This document shows positions 47,614 to 56,838 of a stretch of DNA of 64,000 nucleotides, piece after piece. How positions within the stretch are numbered: the first letter of the stretch is position 1; each line of letters starts with the position of its first letter. Location: contig JAUYPE010000017.1 of the NCBI GenBank assembly GCA_030697705.1, forward strand, positions 5,066-69,065, in the 5' to 3' direction. This DNA is from a bacterium (lineage in GTDB: Bacteria; Patescibacteriota; Minisyncoccia; Sungbacterales; HO2-52-23). The position numbers and the translations under genes were made by a program. The notes beneath the pieces were generated by a model. That model ran no database searches. It worked only from the letters and a program-made list of their open reading frames with translations, and was not told the origin of the DNA.

Positions 47614-49449
47614 ATGCCTCCACAAACCGCACCCTCACCGCAAAGACCGCACACCCATCGTCCCAGACCGGCAGGCAATCGCCACCTCGCAAATCGCCAT
47701 CATCGTCGACCGCACTCACCGCATGGTGGCGGCCGCCATACGTTCGTTACCCCGCCGGCGCATAAAGACGACCATCGTCCTCACGCACTCTCGTTCCTTC
47801 CGCTCGGCGGATGCGGCGAAGTTCAACGCAGTTGCTACGTCTACGAATACGGCGACGACATCGTCATCGTAGACATGGGGCTCCAATTCCCCGATGAGGA
47901 CATGCCGGGAATTGATTATCTCATTCCCAACATTGAGTACCTCAAGAAAAAAATCCACAATATCCGCGGTATCGTCATCACGCACGGTCACTACGACCAC
48001 ATCGGTGCGATCCCCCACCTCTTGGCGTCGCTTGGCAATCCCCAGATTTTTGCCACGGCCCTCACGCGCGGCATAATCATGAAGCGGCAGGATGACTTTA
48101 AGGGCTCCCCCACGCCAAAGATAGAGATCGTGACGCCCGAATCCATTATACGGTTGGGCAATTTTCAAATTGAATTCTTTCACGTCAACCACAATATTCC
48201 CGACTGCGTCGGCGTTGTTCTCAAAACCCCGGGCGGGACGGTGGTGCATACCGGCGACTTTAAGTTTGACCACACGCCGGTCAATGAAAAACCCGCCGAT
48301 ATGCCGCGCCTTACCCAAATCGGCAATGACGGCGTTACCCTGCTCGTATCCGAGAGCACCGATGCGGAGTGGGAGGGGCATCAGATTTCCGAATCCGAAG
48401 TACAGAAATCTCTGGAAGAGATTTTCAAAGTGGCACAAGGGCGCATTATCGCCGCGACATTCTCCTCCCTCCTCACGCGCATCCAGCAGATGATCTGGCT
48501 CTCGGAACAATACGGTCGCAAAGTATTGATTGAAGGATTCAGCATGAAGCAGAATGTCGCCGTCGCCCGCGAGCTCGGCTATCTCAAAGCAAAGCCGGGC
48601 ACGCTCATTGAGTCCAAAGAGATTAGTAACTATGCCGAGCATCAGCTCACCATTTTGTGCACCGGCGCGCAGGGCGAGGATCATGCTGTGCTGATGCGCA
48701 TTGCCAATAACGAACATAAAACCGTCAAACTTCTGCCGGGCGACTCCATTATTTTTTCCTCGTCCGTTATTCCAGGCAACGAAGGAACCGTCCAGCGCAT
48801 GAAGGATGTTTTATTTAAACGAATCCACAAGGTCTACCACTACGCAACCATGGATGTGCACGCAGGCGGGCACGCCAAGCGTGAGGAGCTGACGCAGATG
48901 ATTAAGCTGATGCGGCCGCAATTCTTCATTCCCATTCACGGCAACTACTTCATGCTCAAGCTCCACACCGAGCTTGCTGAAGCCGCTGGTGTGGCGAAAG
49001 AAAATATCATGATCGCGGAGGACGGCGACAAAATTCGCGTTTCGCCTATGGATGGTATTGAGAAGCTCGCCGAAAAAGCGCCCATTGAACATGTCATGGT
49101 AGACGGACTTGGTGTGGGCGATGTCAAAGAAGTCGTTTTGCGGGACCGCACACACCTCGCCGAGGACGGCATATTCGTTGTTATCGGCATCGTGGACGCT
49201 AAAACGGGCAAGGTCAAAACCAGCCCTGATATTGTCTCGCGCGGTTTTATTTATCTGAAAGAATCGCAAGAATTATTGAAAGAAGTGCGCAAAACGACGC
49301 GCAAAATCATTGAAGAAATAACGCTTCACGGCGAGCGCCCCATTAACTGGGTCTTTGTCAAAGACGAACTGCGGGAAAAACTCGGACAATTCCTCTTCCA
49401 AAAAACCCAGCGCCGTCCTATGGTACTGCCGGTGGTGATTGAAGTATAA
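47614..49449 (+). CDS. rnj: ribonuclease J (beta-CASP metallo-beta-lactamase RNase)
   Basis: HGHYDHIG motif and beta-CASP region. N-terminal 60 aa are low-complexity Pro/His/Arg-rich, so the true start may lie downstream. Confidence 0.85.
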   Translation: MPPQTAPSPQRPHTHRPRPAGNRHLANRHHRRPHSPHGGGRHTFVTPPAHKDDHRPHALSFLPLGGCGEVQRSCYVYEYGDDIVIVDMGLQFPDEDMPGIDYLIPNIEYLKKKIHNIRGIVITHGHYDHIGAIPHLLASLGNPQIFATALTRGIIMKRQDDFKGSPTPKIEIVTPESIIRLGNFQIEFFHVNHNIPDCVGVVLKTPGGTVVHTGDFKFDHTPVNEKPADMPRLTQIGNDGVTLLVSESTDAEWEGHQISESEVQKSLEEIFKVAQGRIIAATFSSLLTRIQQMIWLSEQYGRKVLIEGFSMKQNVAVARELGYLKAKPGTLIESKEISNYAEHQLTILCTGAQGEDHAVLMRIANNEHKTVKLLPGDSIIFSSSVIPGNEGTVQRMKDVLFKRIHKVYHYATMDVHAGGHAKREELTQMIKLMRPQFFIPIHGNYFMLKLHTELAEAAGVAKENIMIAEDGDKIRVSPMDGIEKLAEKAPIEHVMVDGLGVGDVKEVVLRDRTHLAEDGIFVVIGIVDAKTGKVKTSPDIVSRGFIYLKESQELLKEVRKTTRKIIEEITLHGERPINWVFVKDELREKLGQFLFQKTQRRPMVLPVVIEV

Positions 49450-49633
49450 TGTTGTTGCTCGGAACCGCGCTATTTGAAACTCGCTCGTCCCGCCAGCGCG
49501 GAACTCGCTAAGCATCCGGCGCACACTCGTGCGAGACGCACGAGACCATGCTGTGCGCCTCCTGATTGTTTCAAACAGCACAGATCCCTCGCTGGGGAAT
49601 ATGGGAGCAGGAACCCTCCTTATATTCCTCCTT

Positions 49634-49735
49634 CGTCATTCCGAGCATAGCGAGGAATCCCATAAGATACTGAACCACTGCAAGATCGCCTCCTCTTTAG
49701 ATTGTCATTCCCGCGAAGGCGGGAATCCACCCTCC
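49634..49735. repeat. palindromic dispersed repeat copy
   Basis: gtcattccgagcatagcgaggaatccc ... gtcattcccgcgaaggcgggaatcc. Confidence 0.55.
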
Positions 49736-49741
49736 CCCATT

Positions 49742-51136
49742 ATGAAAAACAAAAAAGGGTTCATCCAACTACCCATCCTCATCGCAATCATTGCGAGTGT
49801 TTTAGTTTTGGGCGGTATTGGCTATTTTGAAATACGCCAATATACTAGCCATTCAACACAAGATAAAAAACAACCTACTTCCCAGGTCAGCAAAGCAACA
49901 ACTACGCCCGAGCTTTCGGAAGTTGAAAAATTGAGAAAAGAAGTTGATCAGCTTAAGAAGCAAAAATCTCCTGAATCTCAAATACAACCTACTATCGTAA
50001 AACAAAAAACAATAGACGCAACTCCAACAAAACAAGTAATCCTATCCAATGCCGACATTATTAAAAAAGTTAAGCCCGCAACTGTTTTTATAGAAACAGA
50101 AAAAGCGACTGGTAGCGGGATGATTATAGATTCAGACGGATATGTTTTGACCAACGCTCATGTGGTTCAAGGCGCATCTTCGGCTAAAATCAAACTTTCA
50201 GACAACCGATCGTTTTCCGCTTCGGTAGTCGGCAGAGATGAAGTTATTGACTTGGCAATTTTGAAAATCATCGGCAGTAATTTTTCTAAAGTAGAGCTCG
50301 GCAATTCTGATAGTGTGGCGCAAGGTGACAATGTTTTTGCCCTTGGCTATCCTTTTGGTCTTGAGGGAGATGTAAGTTTCAAGGAAGGCACCATTTCAAG
50401 AAAAATTGATAGCGAAGACACGACCTATTTTGAAACATCCGCGGAGATTCATCCAGGCAATAGCGGCGGTCCATTGGTTAATAAAGATGGTGAGGTTATT
50501 GGTATAAATACACTCATTATTGGGAAAAGCATCAATAATATTCTAATTGGAGAGACGATCAAGCTAGCCATACCCATTAATATTGCGAAAAGTATCCTTT
50601 CAGAATTGGAACATGGCAGGAGTATTATAATTTCTACAAAAAATACAGAACAAATTACACCCCCTGATACTCCCCACAAACCATTATTAAGTATAGAGCA
50701 GAGTGGTGCAGTTTCTTCTTTTATGAAGGATTGGAATGCTATCATTAGAACCATTAATGGAGGTGTAGACGCATTGGATAAGTCTCGAACAAGTTATTTT
50801 CTTGGAAACTACAATGATGCTCTAAATTATAGCCAAGATGAACAGGTATCCTTCACTTCAGCATACTATTCGGTCAAATCATTAGTACCTTCGGGTCTTC
50901 CTTTCTTTAATGTCATAAATGATGTGGTTCGTCTTAAGGTAGAAGAAATTCTGCACCTAAAAATATCCTCTGAGTATCGAAAAAGTGCAGTGCAGGCAAA
51001 ACTTGATGGCAACATATCAGGTGTATATGGCAGTTTTACTGAAGAGAGTAATCATATTACCAGCGCGTCACAAATAGGTACAGAATCGAAAAAAAAGTTT
51101 GACGCTTGGATTAATCAGGTAAATCAATATAGGTAA
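49742..51136 (+). CDS. trypsin-like (S1 family, HtrA-like) serine protease with N-terminal TM anchor and C-terminal non-PDZ domain
   Basis: Start at MKNKKGFIQLPILIAIIAS. Catalytic triad context TNAHVV, D in VIDLAIL, GNSGGPLVN. Confidence 0.75.
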   Translation: MKNKKGFIQLPILIAIIASVLVLGGIGYFEIRQYTSHSTQDKKQPTSQVSKATTTPELSEVEKLRKEVDQLKKQKSPESQIQPTIVKQKTIDATPTKQVILSNADIIKKVKPATVFIETEKATGSGMIIDSDGYVLTNAHVVQGASSAKIKLSDNRSFSASVVGRDEVIDLAILKIIGSNFSKVELGNSDSVAQGDNVFALGYPFGLEGDVSFKEGTISRKIDSEDTTYFETSAEIHPGNSGGPLVNKDGEVIGINTLIIGKSINNILIGETIKLAIPINIAKSILSELEHGRSIIISTKNTEQITPPDTPHKPLLSIEQSGAVSSFMKDWNAIIRTINGGVDALDKSRTSYFLGNYNDALNYSQDEQVSFTSAYYSVKSLVPSGLPFFNVINDVVRLKVEEILHLKISSEYRKSAVQAKLDGNISGVYGSFTEESNHITSASQIGTESKKKFDAWINQVNQYR

Positions 51137-51151
51137 GAGATCAAGTGTCAT

Positions 51152-51427
51152 ATGCATTTTTTAAAACAATTTTTTGAGAAAAAACATAAAAAAGATTTCG
51201 AACAAAAAGTTCTATTGCGTTATCAAGCACTAGCTGGCTTGGTTGGTAATGGCGGTGAAATGATAAATAGAGACAAGGAGAGTCGGGCTAGAGCATGGGT
51301 TCACGAACAAGAGAAACTTCTCGCCCCCAAAGAAGCATTTTGGAGTAGTCGCACCATACAAGCTGCATTTATCGGAGGAGTTTTTGTTTTACTCGCTACA
51401 ATTGTTACACTGTACTTATCAAAATAA
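51152..51427 (+). CDS. small hypothetical protein with C-terminal TM helix
   Basis: ORF only. Confidence 0.35.
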   Translation: MHFLKQFFEKKHKKDFEQKVLLRYQALAGLVGNGGEMINRDKESRARAWVHEQEKLLAPKEAFWSSRTIQAAFIGGVFVLLATIVTLYLSK

Positions 51428-51611
51428 TGATCTGCGAGAACTCTTAGCTTATGAAAAGAAAAGACCCCATGAGGACGGGACATCATAGGGTGATCTTTTC
51501 CGTTGGTGATGCCTCCATACTAGCAGAATAGGACGGTATGTCAAGGCATCCTTATCCTCAAGAGGATATCACCACAAGGGGGACAATGTCAGAGCTTATC
51601 CACATCATACT

Positions 51612-52634
51612 ATGCAAAAACCAACACTTTTGAGCGGGATTCAGCCATCGGGTGTCATCCATATCGGGAATTATTTGGGTGCAATAAAACAGTGGGTAGA
51701 GTTGCAAAAGACGCATCATGTTTTTGCCATGATCGCGGACTTGCACGCCATCACCATTCCGCAAGAGCCGGAGAAGCTACGGGAAAACACGCTCCGCATG
51801 GTAAAACTTTTGGTCGCGTGCGGCATCTCCGCCAAAGGCGGATCCGTCTCCGACGGAAATCCTGATGAGTCCGTCTTATTCGTCCAGTCCCATGTTCCCG
51901 CACATACGGAATTGGGCTGGATTTTGAATACCATTACGCCCCTCGGCGAATTGGAGAGAATGACGCAGTTCAAAGAAAAACAGGAGAAATCCGGACTCTA
52001 TGCTGGACTCTTGAACTATCCCACCCTCATGGCGGCGGATATTCTTTTGTATCAGACGGAGGTTGTGCCTGTCGGAGAGGATCAGGAACAGCATCTAGAA
52101 CTCACGCGCACGCTTGCCAATAAATTCAACAATCGTTTTGGCGAGACATTTATAGTTCCCAAAGCGCTTATCCAAAAAGATACGGCGCGGATTATGGGGC
52201 TGGATGATTCGTCCAAAAAAATGTCCAAGTCGGCGACAAGCGCGAATAATTATATTTCATTATTAGACGAACCGGACGAGATTCGGCGCAAGATAAAAAT
52301 CGCCGTTACGGATTCTGACGGTACCGTTCGCTACGACGAGGAGCACAAAACCGGCATCGCCAATCTCATGCGCATTTACCGTGCGTTTTCAGATAAGCCG
52401 CTTGAGGAAATTGAAAATAAATACGCTGGCAAGGGTTATGCGAATTTCAAGAGCGGTCTTGCGGATCTCTTAATTGAAAAACTAGAACCGATTCAGAAAA
52501 AATATGAGGAGCTGACTAAAGACGAGAGTGGCATTATGGACATCCTCATGGCAGGCGCAAAACATGCCAATAGCGTAGCCGAGTCATCTCTGGCAACGGC
52601 AAAAAAGAATGTTGGCTTTCTTGCGCGAGAATAA
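51612..52634 (+). CDS. trpS: tryptophan--tRNA ligase
   Basis: Class I HIGH-type PSGVIHIGNYLGA and KMSKS (KKMSKS). Confidence 0.9.
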   Translation: MQKPTLLSGIQPSGVIHIGNYLGAIKQWVELQKTHHVFAMIADLHAITIPQEPEKLRENTLRMVKLLVACGISAKGGSVSDGNPDESVLFVQSHVPAHTELGWILNTITPLGELERMTQFKEKQEKSGLYAGLLNYPTLMAADILLYQTEVVPVGEDQEQHLELTRTLANKFNNRFGETFIVPKALIQKDTARIMGLDDSSKKMSKSATSANNYISLLDEPDEIRRKIKIAVTDSDGTVRYDEEHKTGIANLMRIYRAFSDKPLEEIENKYAGKGYANFKSGLADLLIEKLEPIQKKYEELTKDESGIMDILMAGAKHANSVAESSLATAKKNVGFLARE

Positions 52635-52644
52635 GCACCAAAAA

Positions 52645-52717
52645 CGCTCCCATCGGGATTCGAACCCGAGTTTCATGGATGAGAACCATGTGTCCTAGGC
52701 CTCTGGACGATGGGAGC
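52645..52717 (-). tRNA. tRNA-Glu(CTC)
   Basis: gctccca tc gtcc agaggcctagg acac atgg ttctcat ccat ... gggttcgaatccc gatgggagc g. Glu-type D arm, anticodon CTC. Confidence 0.7.
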
Positions 52718-52780
52718 ATCGGTCAGAATATAGCATTATTTTTCATATATCACAACCGCGCGCACTTCCCGCCATCAAGA

Positions 52781-54064
52781 TTATTTCCAATAGGCATCCT
52801 GCCTGACTAAGTATTTTGATGCGTCTTCGGGATGCGCCATTATTTTTTTCACAATACGCTCCATACGCATACCTTGACTTCCTTTCACCAAGATTAAATC
52901 GCCGGGCTGAATGTGCGATACGATTTCTTCTGCCGCAGATATGGCATCAGAAAATATATATACCTGTTTACCTATCACGTGCACCTCCTCGGCAATTATT
53001 TTTGAATGAGAGCCAATCGCTATAAGAACATCAGTGGACTCTCTCACCAGCCGGCCGATCGCGCGATGAGCTTCTTCGGCGTACTCGCCCAATTCAAGCA
53101 TATCGCCAAGAATTGCGATCCTGCGTTTTGCTGGTAACCCTGTGAGCGTGGTGAGCGCCGCGCGCATCGCCTCCGGTGCGGCATTGTACGTATCGTCAAG
53201 GATAAGCGTATCGTGAATACCCTCTAGTAGACGCATCCTCCCTGTTGGAGGTTTGTATTCATGCAGTGCAGCAACGCTCTCATGGAGATTAATATCCATC
53301 ACCCCACCAACAGCCACCGCTGCAGCAATCGCGTACATCTGCGGCTCACCAAAGATACTGTCAAGCCGCACCGTGGTTAAAATGCCATCATAAACGAGCT
53401 GAAATGACATTCCCTTGGGCACTCCCTTTCGTTCTCCTTTACGTATTAAGTCAATGGAATATTCTTCCGCGCGCACATCGGATTCAGGATTCTTCCCAAA
53501 AGTCAGTATGCGAGCTTTTGTTTTTTGGCACATCGCACGCACTACCTCATCATCGGCATTGAGAATGGCTGTTCCGTCCGCGGGAAGTGCCGTAATGAGT
53601 TTCTCCTTTTCTTCCGCAACTGCCGCGGGACTCGCAAAAAACTCAATATGAACTGGCGTCTTACCAATTGCCGTCACTACTGCTATTTTCGGTTTCGCAA
53701 TTCCGAGCAGAATATCCATATCGCCCGGACGGTCAATGCCATACTCAAGAATCAAAACTTCGGGATATTTCACGCGCCAAAGATATATCCGCCCAAATGC
53801 GATTTTAAGCCACCACACCCATTTAAAAATATTTTGCCCACAATGCGAAATTCCTAAGATCGTGAGTGGCAGACCGATTTCATTATTAAAATTCTTCTCT
53901 GGCTGACGGATGCGATATTTTTTTGCCAATATGCAGGCAATCGCCTCGCGCGTGGACGTCTTCCCCACCGATCCTGTCACGCCGATAATAACCGGCTTGT
54001 ACCGCCGGATCGTTGCTCGCGCCAGTTTTACGAGTATTTGTTGGAGTATTGATTTTTTTAGCAT
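52781..54064 (-). CDS. murF: UDP-N-acetylmuramoyl-tripeptide--D-alanyl-D-alanine ligase MurF
   Basis: Mur ligase P-loop IGVTGSVGKTST. dcw cluster context. Confidence 0.8.
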   Translation of the reverse strand: MLKKSILQQILVKLARATIRRYKPVIIGVTGSVGKTSTREAIACILAKKYRIRQPEKNFNNEIGLPLTILGISHCGQNIFKWVWWLKIAFGRIYLWRVKYPEVLILEYGIDRPGDMDILLGIAKPKIAVVTAIGKTPVHIEFFASPAAVAEEKEKLITALPADGTAILNADDEVVRAMCQKTKARILTFGKNPESDVRAEEYSIDLIRKGERKGVPKGMSFQLVYDGILTTVRLDSIFGEPQMYAIAAAVAVGGVMDINLHESVAALHEYKPPTGRMRLLEGIHDTLILDDTYNAAPEAMRAALTTLTGLPAKRRIAILGDMLELGEYAEEAHRAIGRLVRESTDVLIAIGSHSKIIAEEVHVIGKQVYIFSDAISAAEEIVSHIQPGDLILVKGSQGMRMERIVKKIMAHPEDASKYLVRQDAYWK

Positions 54065-54295
54065 AACACGATAGTATTAGTGAACCACTCGCTGGTCTGC
54101 TTCTACATTTTGGGAGAAGTAGGCGCAGAAGAGCTTTTCAGAAGTATTATAGACGCTTCCCATCAGCAAGGTAAATATTCTGTCAGCTGATAATTTCTAG
54201 TTATGTTCTCGGCTTCTCGCCAAGCCCTTCACACGGCTTGGCAATTTTTTTATTATTATTTTCTTCTTCCCTGCTCCCATTATGCTCCGGCGAGG

Positions 54296-54419
54296 AATTT
54301 GTCGGTTTGGGACAATAGGAGGCACTGTTTGCATGGTTCCGCCTTTGGCGGAAAACAGTGCCGACTCTTAGTATATTTTGTCCAGCGACAAAATATACGT
54401 GTCCCAAACCGACAAATGC
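54296..54419. repeat. nested-palindrome MITE/REP-like element in the murF-ftsI spacer
   Basis: Outer IR atttgtcggtttgggaca, inner IR ggcactgtttt / aaaacagtgcc around the motif ggttccgcctttggcgg that recurs at 47241-47263 and 61246-61262. Confidence 0.6.
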
Positions 54420-54423
54420 CGAG

Positions 54424-56151
54424 CTACTTTTCATCCGGAGGAATCTCGTAATAATTCAGCATGTATTCCGCCAAGTCGTGAAATGCCGGTGTAAGTGTGT
54501 TGGCGGCAAAACGGTTGCCCTTGGGATTGTTGAGCTGAAGTAAAACCAAAAACTTTGGATGAAACGCCGGCGCATATCCCACGAACGTGTGCGTTACCTT
54601 GTCCGAATAGCCGCGACTGGCAGGGTTGGGGATTTGTGCCGTACCGGTCTTGCCCGCCACAAAATATCCCTTGACGCCGGCATGATTTTCAAAGCCGTTG
54701 TGCACGACGGATACGAGCATCTTTGTCAATGTTTCAGCCGTCTCTTTCCGTATAACCTCGCGTATCACTACGGGGGTTTTCTTCGTCTCATTCCCCGCGT
54801 CATCAATAATACGGTCAATGACATAGGGACGCATAAGTTTTCCTCCGTTGGCAATCACACCTACGGCCGCCGCGAGTTGCATGGGCGTTACGGAAATCCC
54901 CTGCCCAAATGCGGCAGTTGCAAAATCAATATCCCTCCCAGCATTAAGATTGGCAATATTGCCCGCCACCTCACCCGGCGTATCTACACCCGCAGGCGTG
55001 CCAAGACCGAAGCGCTCAAGAATATCTTTTTGCTGGTCGTGCCCCATCATCCGCGCAATGTGCACCATACCCGTATTGAGCGACTTCTCCAAAACTTGCG
55101 TCATGGTTTGAAGGCCATACGCATTGCCGTCAAAATTTTTGATACGGTAACCGCCAATTTTGACCTCGCCTGTATCGGTATAAGTACTCGCTGGTGTTAT
55201 GATATTCGCATCAAGCGCCCCCGCCATCGTGAGGGGCTTTAACACCGAGCCCAACTCATAGACCGATTGTGTCAAGGGATTTAGAAAAACGGAAAGATCT
55301 TTTTCCTTGCCGAAGTCATTCGGATCAAATGACGGATCCCCCGCCATTGCCAAAATCCGGCCCGTCGCCGGCTCCAGCACCAGCACACCACCCGAATCGG
55401 CGCTCCATTTTTCTTTTGCCGCGCGTAAAACTTCTTCGCTTTTCATTTCAACATTATCATCAATCGTAAGAACAACATCGGAGCCATTTTTTTGCGGATG
55501 AAGAATGCGCCGCCCAAGCGCAACCAAGAAGCCCCCTGAATTCTGCGTACCTTCAGCGACACCCCGCTCACCTTTTAAATCTACATCGGAAAACCGTTCT
55601 ATACCGTAGCGCCCGACCTCTTCATTGCTTTCTTTGCTCACAAATCCGACCGCCTGGGCGGCACGCGTACCGTGAGGATAAATGCGCCGCCGCTCCTCTT
55701 CAAAACTCAAACCGGCAATGTTTTTTTTCGTGAATTCCTCCGCACGATCAGTATCCACTCTTTTCAGTAAAATCTCATAACCGTCTTCCGGATTCCCCAG
55801 TTTGCGCCGTATCATCTCACGATCAACGCCAAAAAAATCGGCAACCACTCCGGCCGCATCATCAGGATCGGCGATGAGCTTGGGTGAGGCGATAAGATTT
55901 TTATAGACCTTGTTGAGCGCAAGCGGGATAAGCGCGCCATTTCTATCCTGGGCATAGATGCCGCCCCGTTCCGGATCGGCCGCTTGAACCGTCTGATGCT
56001 GACCCGCCGCCGCTTTTGCATACGTGCGATGATTGACAATCTGCAAAACAAAAAGCCGCGCGGCAAGTGCCGTGAGCGCCAAGAAAAAAAAGAGCAGGAT
56101 AAGCTTTATCCGTGCTCCGATCTCATCTTCTGATTTCCTTTTTTTCTTCAT
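54424..56151 (-). CDS. ftsI: penicillin-binding protein 2 / FtsI-type transpeptidase
   Basis: N-terminal TM anchor, dimerisation domain, transpeptidase with SxxK (STFK-like), SxN and KTG(T) motifs (GKTGTAQ). Confidence 0.85.
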   Translation of the reverse strand: MKKKRKSEDEIGARIKLILLFFFLALTALAARLFVLQIVNHRTYAKAAAGQHQTVQAADPERGGIYAQDRNGALIPLALNKVYKNLIASPKLIADPDDAAGVVADFFGVDREMIRRKLGNPEDGYEILLKRVDTDRAEEFTKKNIAGLSFEEERRRIYPHGTRAAQAVGFVSKESNEEVGRYGIERFSDVDLKGERGVAEGTQNSGGFLVALGRRILHPQKNGSDVVLTIDDNVEMKSEEVLRAAKEKWSADSGGVLVLEPATGRILAMAGDPSFDPNDFGKEKDLSVFLNPLTQSVYELGSVLKPLTMAGALDANIITPASTYTDTGEVKIGGYRIKNFDGNAYGLQTMTQVLEKSLNTGMVHIARMMGHDQQKDILERFGLGTPAGVDTPGEVAGNIANLNAGRDIDFATAAFGQGISVTPMQLAAAVGVIANGGKLMRPYVIDRIIDDAGNETKKTPVVIREVIRKETAETLTKMLVSVVHNGFENHAGVKGYFVAGKTGTAQIPNPASRGYSDKVTHTFVGYAPAFHPKFLVLLQLNNPKGNRFAANTLTPAFHDLAEYMLNYYEIPPDEK

Positions 56152-56230
56152 ACCGGAAAGCGGTCCGGACAGCCTGCTTACTGCCGGAGATCAAGAGAAT
56201 CGTACCATAACGTATCTCATACCGCCATTA

Positions 56231-56620
56231 TCAGGGACGCGAGGCGGCGCGCGCCATGGCAACATTTTCCGGTTGCAGATAGGTGATGACTGATATCTTC
56301 TCCATCGTGGAGAAGATATCAGCGTGGTCAATGGCAACCGCTCCTTTCTTCGCCTGAAGCTCCAACTCCACGCGCAGGGTCTGGCGCGTAAGCTCTTCCG
56401 CAATGCGACCTTGCCGCTGAAGCGCCAAGTCCATGCTGAATGTCTGATAGAGCATGACGAGATACACACCCGTAAGCGCCACGACCGCAAGGCCAAGCAG
56501 CCACTCAAACGCCCCTATGGATACACCGTGATGCACCTTAACTCGCCCACCTCCAGCACCACGATCTGCTATACGGGTGGAAGCATTATGATATCCGGAA
56601 GAAGTAAGTATGACACTCAT
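56231..56620 (-). CDS. ftsL: cell division protein FtsL-like (single TM plus coiled-coil)
   Basis: Position between rsmH and ftsI. One TM helix then a helical region. Confidence 0.5.
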   Translation of the reverse strand: MSVILTSSGYHNASTRIADRGAGGGRVKVHHGVSIGAFEWLLGLAVVALTGVYLVMLYQTFSMDLALQRQGRIAEELTRQTLRVELELQAKKGAVAIDHADIFSTMEKISVITYLQPENVAMARAASRP

Positions 56621-56639
56621 GAAATTGATTAAAAAATGA

Positions 56640-56838
56640 GATTACCTAATAGACCTACTGCGTAATAACCTTTCTACTGCATTTATGCTTTTTCGGCTGC
56701 AAACAACTCACCGCTCGTCCACAAGGGATATTAGAGCTTATCAATGAATACGCTGTATTCACCTCCTCGCACTTCATTGTTTTCGCACGAAAAAGCATAA
56801 GTTCGTAACGAAAATTATTACGCAGTAGGTCTAATGAA
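56640..56838. repeat. inverted-repeat element between ftsL and rsmH; right arm encodes the last codons of rsmH
   Basis: About 20-bp IR ttacctaatagacctactgcgtaataa / ttattacgcagtaggtctaatgaa. Inner IR tttatgctttttcg / cgaaaaagcataa. Confidence 0.55.

Noticed and set aside
47716-48717. 333-aa minus-strand ORF.
   Set aside because: Entirely antisense to the RNase J gene, which has strong conserved motifs.
49529-49741. N-terminal extension of the serine-protease ORF (MRDARDH...SREGGNPPSP).
   Set aside because: It is the translation of a palindromic repeat copy (49634-49735). The protein more plausibly starts at MKNKKGF (49742) with a TM anchor.
51437-51611. Possible T-box leader upstream of trpS.
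   Set aside because: I could not find the conserved T-box sequence (AAUUAGGGUGGNACCGCG-like) or a specifier-loop arrangement by eye. Only a weak hairpin is present.
54559-55242. 227-aa plus-strand ORF.
   Set aside because: Antisense to the ftsI/PBP2 transpeptidase gene.
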